Shown: in pieces, positions 1 through 11,197 of the stretch
How positions within the stretch are numbered: the first letter of the stretch is position 1
Layout: every line of letters starts with the position of its first letter
Assembly: GCF_000582535.1 (NCBI RefSeq)
Contig: NZ_CP006932.1
Coordinates: 240,001 to 272,000, forward strand
Direction of reading: 5' to 3'
Length of the DNA: 32,000 nt
DNA from: Candidatus Saccharimonadota bacterium
Lineage (GTDB): Bacteria; Bacillota_I; Bacilli_A; Mycoplasmatales; Hepatoplasmataceae
Notes under the pieces: model-generated
The model's database searches: none
The model's input: the letters and a program-made list of their open reading frames with translations, nothing else
Told to the model about the DNA's origin: nothing
Position numbers and translations under genes: made by a program

Positions 1-1826
1 ATGGACAACTTGGAACATCTAGTTATGCAGGTAGTCGTAAAGGACCAAGAAAACTTACAAAAACCTTTGATAGAAATGATTTTTCTAGTTATTATAAATA
101 TAATTTTATGCAAATTGAAACAGGATCTAATTCTACAGGAATTTTAGTTGATACTGATCTTGATGGATATGGTGATACATTATATATGTCAGGAGCAAAT
201 GTAAATTCTGATTTCGGTAATAGTATTATTTCTTCTGGAGATTATAAAACTCCTATTGCTACAAATTCAACTTATGATTTTTTAATTCAGGATTTGTATT
301 TTGATTTTGATGGAGTTTTGTTATCAATAGATTTAAAATTAAATGATTATCAAAATATTTTTAATGAAGAAGCATTACCCACTAATGTTTTACTAATAGA
401 TAATAATAATATCAGTCATCAAACAATTTTTGAAGAAGATTTATCAAATATTACAGATGATCAATATCATTATAAAGTTGAAGATATTGAAGGTGTTCAA
501 ACTTATATATTTAAAAATATATCGATAAATGATAATATTTTTAATTTAAATGATGAGCAATTTTCTACTGATTATTTAATATCAGATTACCAAATTTCTA
601 ATATTTCAGAACAATCAGCGACAATTAATTTAAATTTTGAGAATAATAGTGAAGAATTTGATTTATTAAATTACACTTCTTCTGAACGAAAAATTAAAGT
701 AAATTATACTGATTTGGATCAAAATATCTCTAATTCACAAGAATTTGTAATTGATGATTCCTATGAAATTACACTAACAAATTTAAATGCTGAATCAAAT
801 TATCAAATAGATTCAATTCAATATTTTTATCAAGATGAAAATTATAAACATACTATAGATCAAGAAGAAAAACAATTTCAAACATCTTCTGCTATACCTT
901 TAATAGAATCTGATAGTATAAAATCTATCGATAATTCAATTACAACAAATTCTTTTCAATATACAATTTTAATTGATAATTTAAAATTAAATCAAGCAAA
1001 AGATAATTTTACACAATATGATATAAATAATGGTATTTGATTAATCGATGAAAATAGTGAAAATTATAATTCCACTTATATTAATGCAAAAATAATTAAT
1101 TCAGGTTCAATAAATGGAACAGGAAAATATCAATTAACATTTAAGCAAGATCAATTAATTGAAAATACAACATATAATTTTATTGGTATAAGTTTTGATG
1201 AACCTTCAAGTTCTAGTGATCCTAATATAGTATTTTTTTCTAATGTTTTTTCAGTAACAACAGTTTCTGCTAATAAAGAAATTATTCCTTCTACTTTTTC
1301 AATAATTGAAGATTCAATTACAAAAACTTCATTTCAATATACAATTGAAATAGATAATCTGTTTTTGATAGAAGATTCTTTATTAATTAAAAATAATCTT
1401 GAAGCAGAAGTAAATTTTAGTAATTTTAATCTTGATGAAGGAATTTATTTAATAGATGATAATGGAAATATATATAATTCTTTTTATGTAAATGATAGTT
1501 CGCTTTATCTTGGAGAAGGAAAAGATGAAGGAACTTCAAATTATCAATTTACATTTGAACAAAATAATCTTGAAGCAGGTAGAACATATAATTTTGTCGG
1601 AATTGGCTTTACCGATTTAGAAGAAGATTTTATTAATTTTGACTCTTCAATAACAATTAATACTGTTCCTAATAATACACAAATGATAGTAATTATTATC
1701 ATTATCATTATTTTAATCATTATTTTGCTACTTATTTTTATCTTATTATTTGTTGATTTAAAAATGAAAAAAAATACAAAAAAAATGAATAATAAACTTA
1801 ATAATCCTAATGGTTTGGAAGATTAA
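1..1826 (+). CDS. Beta-propeller surface protein paralog A, 3' portion (5' end outside window): last RCC1-like blades, beta-sandwich stalk domains, C-terminal TM anchor
   Basis: Frame 3 is open from nt 3 to TAA 1824-1826 once TGA 1038-1040 is read as Trp, joining track ORFs 108..1040 and 1365..1826. It starts mid-blade (GQLGTSSYAG). It is co-linear with and near-identical to 3865..5690. The C-terminus is MIVIIIIIIILIIILLLIFILLFV followed by a basic tail KMKKNTKK. Confidence 0.85.
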
Positions 1827-1974
1827 GATTTATTTTTAATTTATTTGTTTTAGTGGTATTTTTTTTATAGCATATTAAAAAAAACAATAATTCTAATTTT
1901 TAATTAAATCGAAAAATAATATCAAATTTTAATAGTACATCAGAATTGACTATAATTTAAAATTATTTATTTAG

Positions 1975-2653
1975 CATTTGATGAAGCTTTAAAAATTAAT
2001 AAAAAAATGTCTAAATTAGATTTATTTTTTGCAGAAGCAATTTCGCATAAAATTATATAGAGATTAATTTAAAAAATGCAATTGATAATAAATTTTAAAA
2101 AAGAAAATTAAGAAAATATTTAATACTTTAATTTCACAATCATAGCCAATCTTAATGATTCTGTTTTTAAAAATTTAACAAAACAAATTGGAGGATATTT
2201 TATTCAAAAGAAAGATCAGAAAAATTAGCAAAATCTAATGGATGAAAATTTATAGAATATTTTGTAAGAATTTATTGAAAAATTGTTTCTTTTCTTAAAT
2301 CAATTACGTTAATGTTAAAACTATTTAATTAAAAAAATTTAGATAATAGATAAAGATTATACTGCTGAAAAAATGTCTGAAAGGATGAAATCGATTTATT
2401 TGTAATAGTAACTGTAGTAGATGGAATTTATTTAGATTATAATATACCAAACCAAAGAATTCTTTCTAATCCAAAAATAAAGGATTTAAAAAAACTTCTT
2501 AATTAAAAAATATTTTCTTCTGGTTCTATAGGTCCTAAAGTGGAAACAGATATTAAATTTGTCAATTCAGAATTAAATAGAAAATCAATTATTACTTAGC
2601 TTCATAAATTAAAAAAATCTTTAGAAGGAAATAAATAAGGAACTCATATTTAA
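1975..2653 (+). pseudogene. arcC: Carbamate kinase remnant with multiple in-frame stops and frameshifts
   Basis: The frame from 2414 reads VVDGIYLDYNIPNQRILSNPKIKDLKKLLN*KIFSSGSIGPKVETDIKFVNSELNRKSIIT*LHKLKKSLEGNK*GTHI*. This matches the conserved carbamate kinase C-terminus (V.D.vy.nyg.p.q..l..v....l......g.FaaGSMgPKveAai.Fv......aiIt.l.....al.g..GT.i). Upstream fragments DKDYTAEKMSE and LDLFFAEAISHKII fit earlier CK motifs in shifted frames. The left boundary is approximate. Confidence 0.6.
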
Positions 2654-2717
2654 AAATAATTATTAAATTAATTAATATATGATTTTTATTTATAATTTTT
2701 TATGAAAGGTTTTCTTG

Positions 2718-5690
2718 ATGAAAAAAAATTTTATATTTTCAATATTATTAATATTAATTACATCTTTTTCTTTTAAATCATTTGATTTAATTTTTGATAA
2801 CAAAAATATAATTGAATCTTTAGATCAAAATTCAAAAGTTTTAGATTATGAAATGTCTGGTTCCACTGTTGGTGTTCTTGTTGATACAGATGATGATTAT
2901 TTGGGAGATACGCTTTATATGTGAGGGTTAAATGATCGTGGCGAAATTGGTGATGGAACAACTACAAATGTTACTACTCCAAAAATTATAACTCCAACTG
3001 ATCAAACAGATTGAGGTGGCAATTTAATTCAATTTGAATCATCTTTTTCTAATTCAGGTGTAACGGTAGATACTGATTATGATGGATATGCAGATACAGT
3101 TTATATTTGAGGAGATAATCAACATAATCAAATATTAAATGAGGAAATTGAAAGTAACACTGTTTTATTTCCTACTCTTGTTTTACCTTCTAGTGGATCT
3201 TGAAATGGAAATATTATTGATTTTTTTCTTGGAGATGAATATGTTGGTATTTTATTAGATACTGACTATGATGAATTTGGGGATGATTTATATACTTGAG
3301 GTATTAATAATAGCGGAAATCTTGGAGATGGAACAACTCAAACATCTTATGAACCTTTAGAAATATTTCCACCTGAACAAACTTCTTGGAATGGTAATAT
3401 AACTGATATTTATGGAGCTAATTCTACTTTTCTTTTATTAGATACTGACTATGATGGATATGCAGATACTGGATATTCTTGAGGTAGTAATAATAATTAT
3501 AAATTAGGTGTTAATAGTACATCATCAAGAGTTACTACTCCAACAGAAATGGTTTCAAATGAAGGAACTTGAAATGGTAATATTATTGATGTTTCTTCAA
3601 ATGCTAATAATTCTATGCTTTTACTTGATACAAATTTTGATGGATATGGAGATGAAGTTTATTTATCAGGGACTAATGATCAATATCAACTTGGAATTGG
3701 TGGCAACAATGATACAAAGAACTCTGTTTTTTATCCTGCTAATCATACTTGAGGTGATGGTTATATTATTGATGTTTCAATGGGTGCAAATTGATCAGGA
3801 ATTATTGTAGATACTGATTTAGATGGATATGCAGATGCTTTTTATGGTGATGGTTTTAATAGTAATGGACAACTTGGAACATCTGATTATGGAGGTAATC
3901 TTAATGGACCAAGAGTTCTTACAAAAACTTTTGATAGAAATGATTTTTCTAGTTATTATAAATATAATTTTATGCAAATTGAAACAGGAACTAGGTCTAC
4001 AGGAATTTTAATTGATACTGATCTTGATGGATATGGTGATACATTATATATGACAGGATCAAATTATACTAATGATTTCGGTAACGATAATATTCCTTCT
4101 GGTGATTATAAAACTCCTATTGCTACAAATTCAACTTATGACTTTTTAATTCAGGATTTGTATTTTGATTTTGATGGAGTTTCATTATCAATAGATTTAA
4201 AATTAAATGATTATCAAAATATTTTTAATGAAGAAGCTTTACCTACTAATTTTTTATTAATTGATGATAATAATATAAATTACCAAACAATTTTTGAAGA
4301 AGATTTATCAAATATTACAGATGATCAATATCATTATAAAATTGAAGATATTGAAAGCTCCCAAACTTACATATTTAAAAATATATCGATAAATGATAAT
4401 ATTTTTAATTTAAATGATGAGCAATTTTCTACTGATTATTTAATATTAGGTTATCAAATTTCTAATATTTCAGAACAATCAGCGACAATTAATTTAAATT
4501 TTGAGAATAATAGTGAAGAATTTGATTTATTAAATTACACTTCTTCTGAACGAGAAATTAAAGTAAATTATACTGATTTAGATCAAAATATCTCTAATTC
4601 ACAAGAATTTGTAGTTGATGATTCCTATGAAATTACACTAACAAATTTAAATGCTGAATCAAATTATCAAATAGATTCAATTCAATATTTTTATCAAGAT
4701 GAAAATTATAAATATACTATAGATCAAGAAGAAACACAATTTCAAACATCTTCTGCTATACCTTTAATAGAATCTGATAGTATAAAATCTATCGATAATT
4801 CAATTACAACAAATTCTTTTCAATATACAATTTCAATTGATAATTTAAAATTAAATCAATCAAAAGACAATTTTACACAATATGATATAAATAATGGTAT
4901 TTGATTAATCGATGAAAATAATGAAAATTATAATTCAACTTATATTGATGCGAGAATAATTAATTCAGGTTCAATAAATGGAACAGGAAAATATCAATTA
5001 ACATTTAAGCAAGATCAATTAATTGAAAATACAACATATAATTTTATTGGTATAAATTTTGATGAGCCTTCAAGTTCTAGTGATCCTAATATAGTATTTT
5101 TTTCTAATGTTTTTTCAATAACAACAGTTTCTGCTAATAAAGAAATTATTCCTTCTACTTTTTCAATAATTGAAGATTCAATTATTGAAACTTCATTTCA
5201 ATATACAATTGAAATAGATAATTTGTTTTTGATAGATAATTCTTCATTAATTAAAAATAATCTTGAAGCAGAAATAAATTTTAGTAATTTTAATCTTGAT
5301 GAAGGAATTTATTTAATAGATGATAATGGAAATATATATAATTCTTTTTATGTAAATGATAGTTCACTTTATCTTGGAGAAGGAAAAGATGAAGGTACTT
5401 CAAATTATCAATTTATATTTGAACAAAATAATCTTGAAGCAGGCACAACATATAATTTTGTCGGAATAGGATTTACCGATTTAGAAGAAGATTTTATTAA
5501 TTTTGACTCTTCAATAACAATTAACACTATTCCTAATAATACACAAATGATAATAATTATTATCATTATCATTATCTTGATTATTATTTTGCTACTTATT
5601 TTTATCTTATTATTTGTTGATTTAAAAATGAAAAAAAATACAAAAAAAATGAATAATAAAATTAATAATCCTAATAGTTTTGAAGATTAA
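2718..5690 (+). CDS. Beta-propeller surface protein paralog B (990 aa): N-terminal signal/anchor, 7 RCC1-like blades each with a DTDxDGYxD loop, about 4 beta-sandwich (FN3-like) stalk domains, C-terminal TM anchor and basic tail
   Basis: Frame 3 is continuous from ATG 2718 (alternative TTG 2715) to TAA 5688-5690 with about 11 in-frame TGA, joining track ORFs 2715..2924, 3972..4904 and 5223..5690. GAAAGG sits 8 nt upstream of the ATG. Blades read e.g. VGVLVDTDDDYLGDTLYM-W-GLNDRGEIGDGTT. The stalk shows LT.LNAESNYQIDSIQYFY type motifs. The TM segment is MIIIIIIIIILIIILLLIFILLFV. Confidence 0.9.
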
Positions 5691-5706
5691 GATTTATTTT
5701 TAATTT
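3865..5706. repeat. Tandem gene-scale duplication: 3865..5706 is co-linear with 1..1842 (constant offset 3864, no indels seen)
   Basis: ORF landmarks align at 108/3972 and 1826/5690. Protein differences are scattered substitutions only. Identity ends about 17 nt after the stop codons. Confidence 0.85.
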
Positions 5707-5740
5707 AAAAATTAATAGAGCGCAAAACTAAAATAATAGT

Positions 5741-5787
5741 AAATATCAGTAGTTAATATATTTAAATTAACTACTGATATTTTTTTA
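5741..5787. terminator. Bidirectional rho-independent terminator between convergent genes
   Basis: A perfect 16-bp stem pairs aaatatcagtagttaa (5741-5756) with ttaactactgatattt (5767-5782) around a 10-nt loop. A T-run follows on the + strand and an A-rich stretch precedes it. It lies between the stops at 5690 (+) and 5884 (-). Confidence 0.7.
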
Positions 5788-5883
5788 AGATTTTTTAACA
5801 AAGTAAATAAATTTTCTTATTAAATATTTATATTTTTTGCTAAAAATTTTATTTCTTTAGTTATCTAAATTCTTGTTAGATAT

Positions 5884-7278
5884 TTAATAATATGTTGAAA
5901 ATATTATTTTTGGTGTTGTAATATGATTGTAAATTTCTCCAATTCCTAATTGTCCATTTGCATTAGATCCTCACATATAAATAGTGTCTCCTAATCCATT
6001 ATTATTTTGATCTAAGAGTAACATTGTATCATTACTTCCAATTGTTGCTTTTAAAATATTTCCATTTCAAGAATCTTGTTCTTGTGGTGTTATTTTAACT
6101 GGATTTAAAATATTACCTTCATTATATGTTCCATTACCAATTTGACCATGATCATTTGCTCCAGATAAATAAATTTCATCACCATATCCATCATTATTGG
6201 AATCAATTGTTATAATGCTATTTTTACCATTTATTTCTAAATTAATAATATTTTTTTCCATTGTTATTTTATTATCACTAGGATAATCAATTCTTTCTTC
6301 TTCGTTTCCAGTTCCTAATTCTCCGTAATTATTTTCCCCTCATAAATAAATTTCATCACCATATCCATCATTATTGGAATCATTAATTACTCCATTATTT
6401 TTATCATTAAAAGAAATATTTATTAAATTTCCTCAATACTCTTTTTGATATACATTATAATTATTTGGAAAAATTTCTGTTGGATAAATAACACTAGAAT
6501 GACCATAAATAGAAAAAATACTCATTCCTCACATGTATAATTGATCTTTTCCTGTATATTTATTATTAATAATAATTCCTGAAGTATCAGATCCTAAATC
6601 AAATTTTTCAATATTTCCATTTCATTTTTGATTTTCTGGTGTAATTATAATTGGATATAATATATTTTTTGTTCCGCTTTCGCCATTTCCAATTTGACCA
6701 AAAATATTGTATCCTCACATATATAATGTATCAGCTAATCCATCATAATTATTATCAATTATTACACCAGAATAATTTTCTCCTAATTGTAGATCAATAA
6801 TATTTCCATTTCAATTATCTTGTCCTTGTGGTGTTATTTTTGTAATTGGAGTATTTAGAGTACCAGATTCTCCATTTCCAATCTGTCCATATTGATTATT
6901 TCCTCACATATATAATGTATCAGCATAACCATCATAATCAGTATCAATAGTAACTGCACTTGTTCCTGTGTTTATTTCTAGATCAATAATATTTCCATTT
7001 CAATCATTATTTATTAATTTTGGTTTATAAATAATCGTATTTTGTTCTTGATTTGGAATTTGTCCAAGAAGATTACTTCCTCACATATATAAAGAATCTC
7101 CAAATCCATCTAAATCATTATCAATAACCATTCCTGAAGTATATTGATTTGTTGTGATATCAATAATTATTCCTTTTTCTGTTTTAACTTTTTTGTCTTG
7201 TAAATTTATTTTTATTTGATTATTAAGAGAAAAAACTCCTAATAAAGGAATTAAAAATAATATATAATGTTTTTTCAT
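5884..7278 (-). CDS. Beta-propeller-only paralog C (464 aa): N-terminal signal/anchor plus 7 RCC1-like/DxDxDG blades, with no stalk and no C-terminal anchor
   Basis: I translated codon by codon from ATG 7278-7276 to TAA 5886-5884. The frame is open with in-frame TGA at the WG and WNGN positions, joining track ORFs 7081..7278 and 6067..6261. The N-terminus is MKKHYILFLIPLLGVFSL. Blades read e.g. AVTIDTDYDGYADTLYMWGNNQYGQIGNGESG. Confidence 0.85.
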
Positions 7279-7284
7279 TTATTT

Positions 7285-7572
7285 TTAATTACTTATTTTT
7301 TCCTTGTTTTGATTATTTTTTTGATCGATGAATAATATTCTTTTGATTATAATATCTATAATAAAAGCAGCTCCAGCATATATAAAAGGCATCAAAAATA
7401 TTTCTATTCAATATCAAGCTGTATTTATTAGATTAAATCCTGCAGCATTATTTATATCATTTGCATCGGCAACATTCATTGAACCAACAATTATAGATGC
7501 TAAGCATCCAGCAATTGCTGCTAGAATAAAAAAAAGATCAATTATTTTTTTTATTTGATATTCATTCTTCAT
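7285..7572 (-). CDS. Small two-TM membrane protein (95 aa), immediately upstream of and co-oriented with paralog C
   Basis: ATG 7572-7570 is preceded by AGAAGG. The product is MKNEYQIKKIIDLFFILAAIAGCLASIIVGSMNVADANDINNAAGFNLINTAWYWIEIFLMPFIYAGAAFIIDIIIKRILFIDQKNNQNKEKISN, ending at TAA 7287-7285. Two in-frame TGA codons hide it from the standard-code track. It has two hydrophobic helices. Confidence 0.55.
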
Positions 7573-7596
7573 TTTAACCTTCTATTATTTTATTTT

Positions 7597-8358
7597 TTAA
7601 AAAATATCATATCATTTATTTTTTAGTTTAAATTTGTTTGTAAAAGGATTTACAATTCCAATAGTTTTATCACTTAGATAAAGTTCATAAGTATAATAAG
7701 CTAATTCTTCTGCTTTTTTTCTTCCTTTTTTTGCTTTTCTTTCTGTTTCTTTTCTTTCCGCTTCTTCAATATTTGATTTTTTAAAAGCTCTATCTAAAAA
7801 TTCTGATTCAGTACCAGCAGGTGCCAGAATTTTTATTTTAAGTTTTGCATCTTTTCTTTTTAATAATTTTGCAATTCCTTCTGTAAAAGTTGAAACATAA
7901 AATTTTGTAGCAGAATATGGTATTCCTGATGATCATATAAAATAACCAACAGCAGAAGACACATTTATAATTTGTGTTTCTTTATTAATATTATCTTTTA
8001 TAAATAAAAGAGTAAGATCTGTGAGTGTTTTTATATTTAGATCAATCATTTTATTTATTTTTGTAAGATCGGCTTTTCAAGGTTCATTTATATCGCCAAA
8101 TCCAGCATTATTTATTAAAACTTCTAATTCATAATTTTTGATTTTATCATAAAATTTGTAAACATTTTCTGTAATACTAAGATCATAAATATAAACTAAT
8201 ACCTTTATTTTATATAATTCTTCTAATTCTTTTTTTAAATTATCAAGTAATTCTTTTCTTCTTGCTACAATAATTATATTGTGTCCTTTTGAAGCAAAGT
8301 AAGTAGCAATAGCTTTTCCTATTCCTGAACTTGCTCCAGTAATTACGGTATATTTCAT
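7597..8358 (-). CDS. Short-chain dehydrogenase/reductase (classical SDR), paralog 1 (253 aa)
   Basis: The N-terminus MKYTVITGASSGIGK carries the TGxxxGIG Rossmann motif, with NNAGFG downstream. Catalytic YSATK (YxxxK) appears in my translation. The frame continues through TGA 8077-8079 and others to TAA 7599-7597. Confidence 0.9.
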
Positions 8359-8380
8359 TTTAATCTCTCTTTCTAAAATA

Positions 8381-8386
8381 ATTATA
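8381..8386 (-). promoter_or_regulatory. Putative -10 box (TATAAT) of SDR paralog 1
   Basis: TATAAT lies on the minus strand 23 nt upstream of the ATG. The same box at the same spacing, plus the GAAAGAGAGATTA SD block, recurs upstream of all four SDR paralogs. Confidence 0.4.
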
Positions 8387-8807
8387 TTATTTAATTTAAT
8401 AAAATTAGATTATCATATCAAAATTGTATATTTTAATCGATTATTATTTCAAGAAACAGCAATCATAGATTCAACTTTATTTAATTAATTTGTAATCATT
8501 TGATTTTTTTATTTATGGAATAATTTTTAATGAAAAAAATTATTAATTTTAATAAATGAAAATCTTTTATAGGAAATACTTCTATTTTTAATGAAGAGGA
8601 ATTAAAATATCAACATTATAAAAATAACAGAAAAATTATAATTAAATTTTTACATATTTTTTTGTGGTGAATGGAAAAATATAAATTATCAAAATTTACA
8701 AAATTATAAATTACTACAAGAATTAGAATATCATTTTACTTATTCTTTACAAAGTAAAAAGATAATTATAAATATAATGCGAAAGAAATTAGGTTTATTT
8801 AGTTTTA

Positions 8808-9182
8808 ATGAAAATTTTAATGTCAATTCATCAGCAACATCTTGAAAATATAAAAAATAATATAAAGAAATATGAATTTAGAAAAGTAGAAGCAAAAAAA
8901 TTAAATGAAAAAGAAATTCTTTTATATGTTACTTTTCCAATATCTAAAATTGTTGGTTTAATTAAAATAAAAAATATTTATATAGATACTCCTGAAAATA
9001 TTTGAAAATTAACAAAAAAATATGCAGGAATTAATAAAGAATTTTATTATAACTACTATAAAAATAAAGCAAAAGCAATTGCATATGAAATAGAAGAATT
9101 TATAGAATTTAAAAAACCTAAAGAATTATCGGAATATAAATTAAAATTCCCTCCACAATTATTTGTTTATATAGATGATTAA
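8808..9182 (+). CDS. ASCH-domain (PUA-like fold) protein, 124 aa
   Basis: The frame is open from ATG 8808 (alternative ATG 8820) through TGA 9003-9005 to TAA 9180-9182. The pattern MSIHQQHLENIKNNIKKYEFRK...LLYVTFPISKIVGLIKIKNIYIDTPENIWKLTKKYAGINKEFYYNYYKNKAKAIAYEIEEFIEFKKPKELSEY...PPQLFVYI matches my recollection of COG4933/ASCH proteins. Confidence 0.65.
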
Positions 9183-9386
9183 AATTTTACATTTAGATCA
9201 TAACCAGAAATTTATAAATTTTTAAAAATTTATCCTGATTAAGCAGTTATTTATCTAAATCAATAATCCCTAAATTTTTTTATTATGATGAATTAAAAGA
9301 ACAAAAATTTATAAATTTTTTCAATGAATATAATTATCAAAAATTCAGAAAAAAAATTAAAGAATCAAAAAAATTAATTTCTATTA

Positions 9387-10148
9387 TTAAAGATCATCAA
9401 AGTATTGATCTTCTAAATATAATATATTTTTTGTTGCATCTACAATACCAATATTTTTATCGCTTTTATATAACTCATAAATATATTTAGCTACTAGTTT
9501 TGGTTCTTTTTGATAATCTTTTCGTTTAATTTCACTTTCTTTTAATAATTTGGGATCAACTTTAGATTTTATAATTGATCTTTCGACAAATTCTGTTTTA
9601 GTAGATGAAGGAGCTAATACTTTCATTTTAAGTTTTGCTTTTTGATTTTTTAAAAGTTTTGCTGTTCCTTCACTAAACACAGAAACATAAAATTTACTAG
9701 CTGAATAAATAACTCCTCCTTTTCAAATTTTATAACCAGCAGTAGATGATATATTGATAATTTGTGAATCTTTATTTATATTATCTTTTATAAATAAAAT
9801 TGATAGATAAGTAAGTGAAGTAATATTTAAATCTATCATCATTTTAATTTTATGAAGATCTGAATCTCAAGGATCATTGCGATCACCAAATCCGGCATTA
9901 TTAATTAATATCTCCAATTGATGATCTTTTATTTTTTGATAAAATTTTAAAACATTATTAATATTAGTAAGATCATAAATATAAATTAACACTTTTACTT
10001 TATATTTATTTTCAATTTCTTTTTTTAAATTATTTAATAGTTCTTTTCTTCTTGCTACAATAATTATATTGTGTCCTTTTGAAGCAAAATAGATTGCAGT
10101 TTCTTTTCCTATTCCTGAACTTGCTCCTGTAATTACGGTATATTTCAT
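9387..10148 (-). CDS. Short-chain dehydrogenase/reductase, paralog 2 (253 aa)
   Basis: The N-terminus is MKYTVITGASSGIGK, with NNAGFG and YSASK downstream. Track ORFs 9867..10148 and 9387..9680 are in the same frame (468 nt apart) and join across in-frame TGA codons. Confidence 0.9.
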
Positions 10149-10170
10149 TTCTAATCTCTCGTTTTAAGTT

Positions 10171-10176
10171 ATTATA
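10171..10176 (-). promoter_or_regulatory. Putative -10 box of SDR paralog 2
   Basis: Minus-strand TATAAT lies 23 nt upstream of ATG 10148, conserved in position with the other SDR paralogs. Confidence 0.4.
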
Positions 10177-10341
10177 TTATCTTAATATAAAAAAGAAACA
10201 TTTGTTTCTCTTTTATTATTATTTTTTATTTATTGATTTATCTTTATTTTTACAATTACAATCTTTTTTATCTTGATATTTCACTTTATAATTACCTTTC
10301 TATTGAGTTTTTTATCTTATAAAATATTATATTAAATTTAA

Positions 10342-11106
10342 TTAATCAATTCAAAAAATATCATAATATCCATCCGACAGTTCTAATTTATTATTTTTAA
10401 TTATTCCAACGATTTTATCACTTTTATATAATTTATAGGTTTCATCTGCAAGATTTTCAGAAGTTAAAATTGCTTTACTTTTTCAATTTTTATATTTTTC
10501 AATTTGTTCTTTTTTAAGTTTTGTTTTTAATAAGGCTTGATTACTAAATTCACTTTTAGTAACTCCTGGAGCTAGAACTTTTACTTTTATTTTTTTATTT
10601 AATTTTCTTAATTGTTTTGCTACACTTTCTGTTCAAGCAGAAACAAATACTTTTGATGCTGAGTAATTTATAGATCATGCAAAAATATTATAACCAGCCC
10701 CTGAAGACACATTTATTAATTGAACATCATTATCTAAATTATCTCTTATAAACATAATTGAAAGTGTAGTAAGAGTTTTAATATTTAAATCAAGCATTTT
10801 TTTGATTTTATCAAGATCTGAATCTCATGCTAAATTTAAATCACCAAATCCGGCATTATTTATAAATAATTCAATATCATATTTTTTTACATCATTATAA
10901 AATTTTTCTACTTCTTGTTCTTTTGATAGATCAACTGTAAAGACAACAACATCTATTTTATATCTATTTTCTAATTCTTTTTTAATTTCATTCAATAAAT
11001 TTGTTCTTCTTGCTGCAATTATAAGATTATGTCTTTTGCTCGCAAATTTTTCAGCAAGTCCTTTTCCTATTCCTGAACTCGCTCCTGTAATTAATGTATA
11101 TTTCAT
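10342..11106 (-). CDS. Short-chain dehydrogenase/reductase, paralog 3 (254 aa)
   Basis: The N-terminus is MKYTLITGASSGIGK, with NNAGFG downstream. The frame continues through TGA 10825-10827. The C-terminus reads ...YKLYKSDKIVGIIKNNKLELSDGYYDIFWID, ending at TAA 10344-10342. Confidence 0.9.
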
Positions 11107-11129
11107 TCTAATCTCTCTTTCTTAATGTA

Positions 11130-11135
11130 ATTATA
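11130..11135 (-). promoter_or_regulatory. Putative -10 box of SDR paralog 3
   Basis: Minus-strand TATAAT lies 24 nt upstream of ATG 11106, between the upstream hairpin and the conserved SD block. Confidence 0.4.
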
Positions 11136-11142
11136 ATATTTA

Positions 11143-11182
11143 AATTTAAAAGAGAAAGATTTAAATCCTTCTCTTTTAAATT
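11143..11182 (-). terminator. Hairpin terminator downstream of SDR paralog 4
   Basis: An inverted repeat pairs aatttaaaagagaa (11143-11156) with ttctcttttaaatt (11169-11182) around a 12-nt loop. It starts 16 nt after the stop at 11198, and a T-rich tail follows on the minus strand. Confidence 0.5.
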
Positions 11183-11197
11183 AATTATTTTGTTTAC

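Noticed and set aside
3508-4011. Track ORFs 3508..3810 and 3823..4011 (+), and 2773..2961 (-), inside propeller paralog B
   Set aside because: They are off-frame or antisense to the continuous table-4 frame 3 ORF, which shows clear RCC1-like blades. Their products are low-complexity Leu/Met/Ile/Gln strings.
7328-7558. 76-aa + strand ORF
   Set aside because: It is antisense to a better-supported minus-strand 95-aa membrane protein ORF, which has an SD and operon context.
8530-8709. 59-codon + strand ORF (MKKIINFNKWKSFIGNTSIF...) upstream of the ASCH gene
   Set aside because: It has no recognisable domain or clear SD, and the neighbouring frames look like shuffled remnants. It could be a real small gene or a decayed fragment, and the support is insufficient.
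10219-10284. 21-codon minus-strand micro-ORF (GTG start, MKYQDKKDCNCKNKDKSINKK) with AAAGG 10 nt upstream, followed by a small hairpin (10194-10209), between SDR3 and SDR2
   Set aside because: It is too short and Lys/Asn-rich to distinguish from chance in this composition. The hairpin has only a 7-bp stem and a 2-nt loop.
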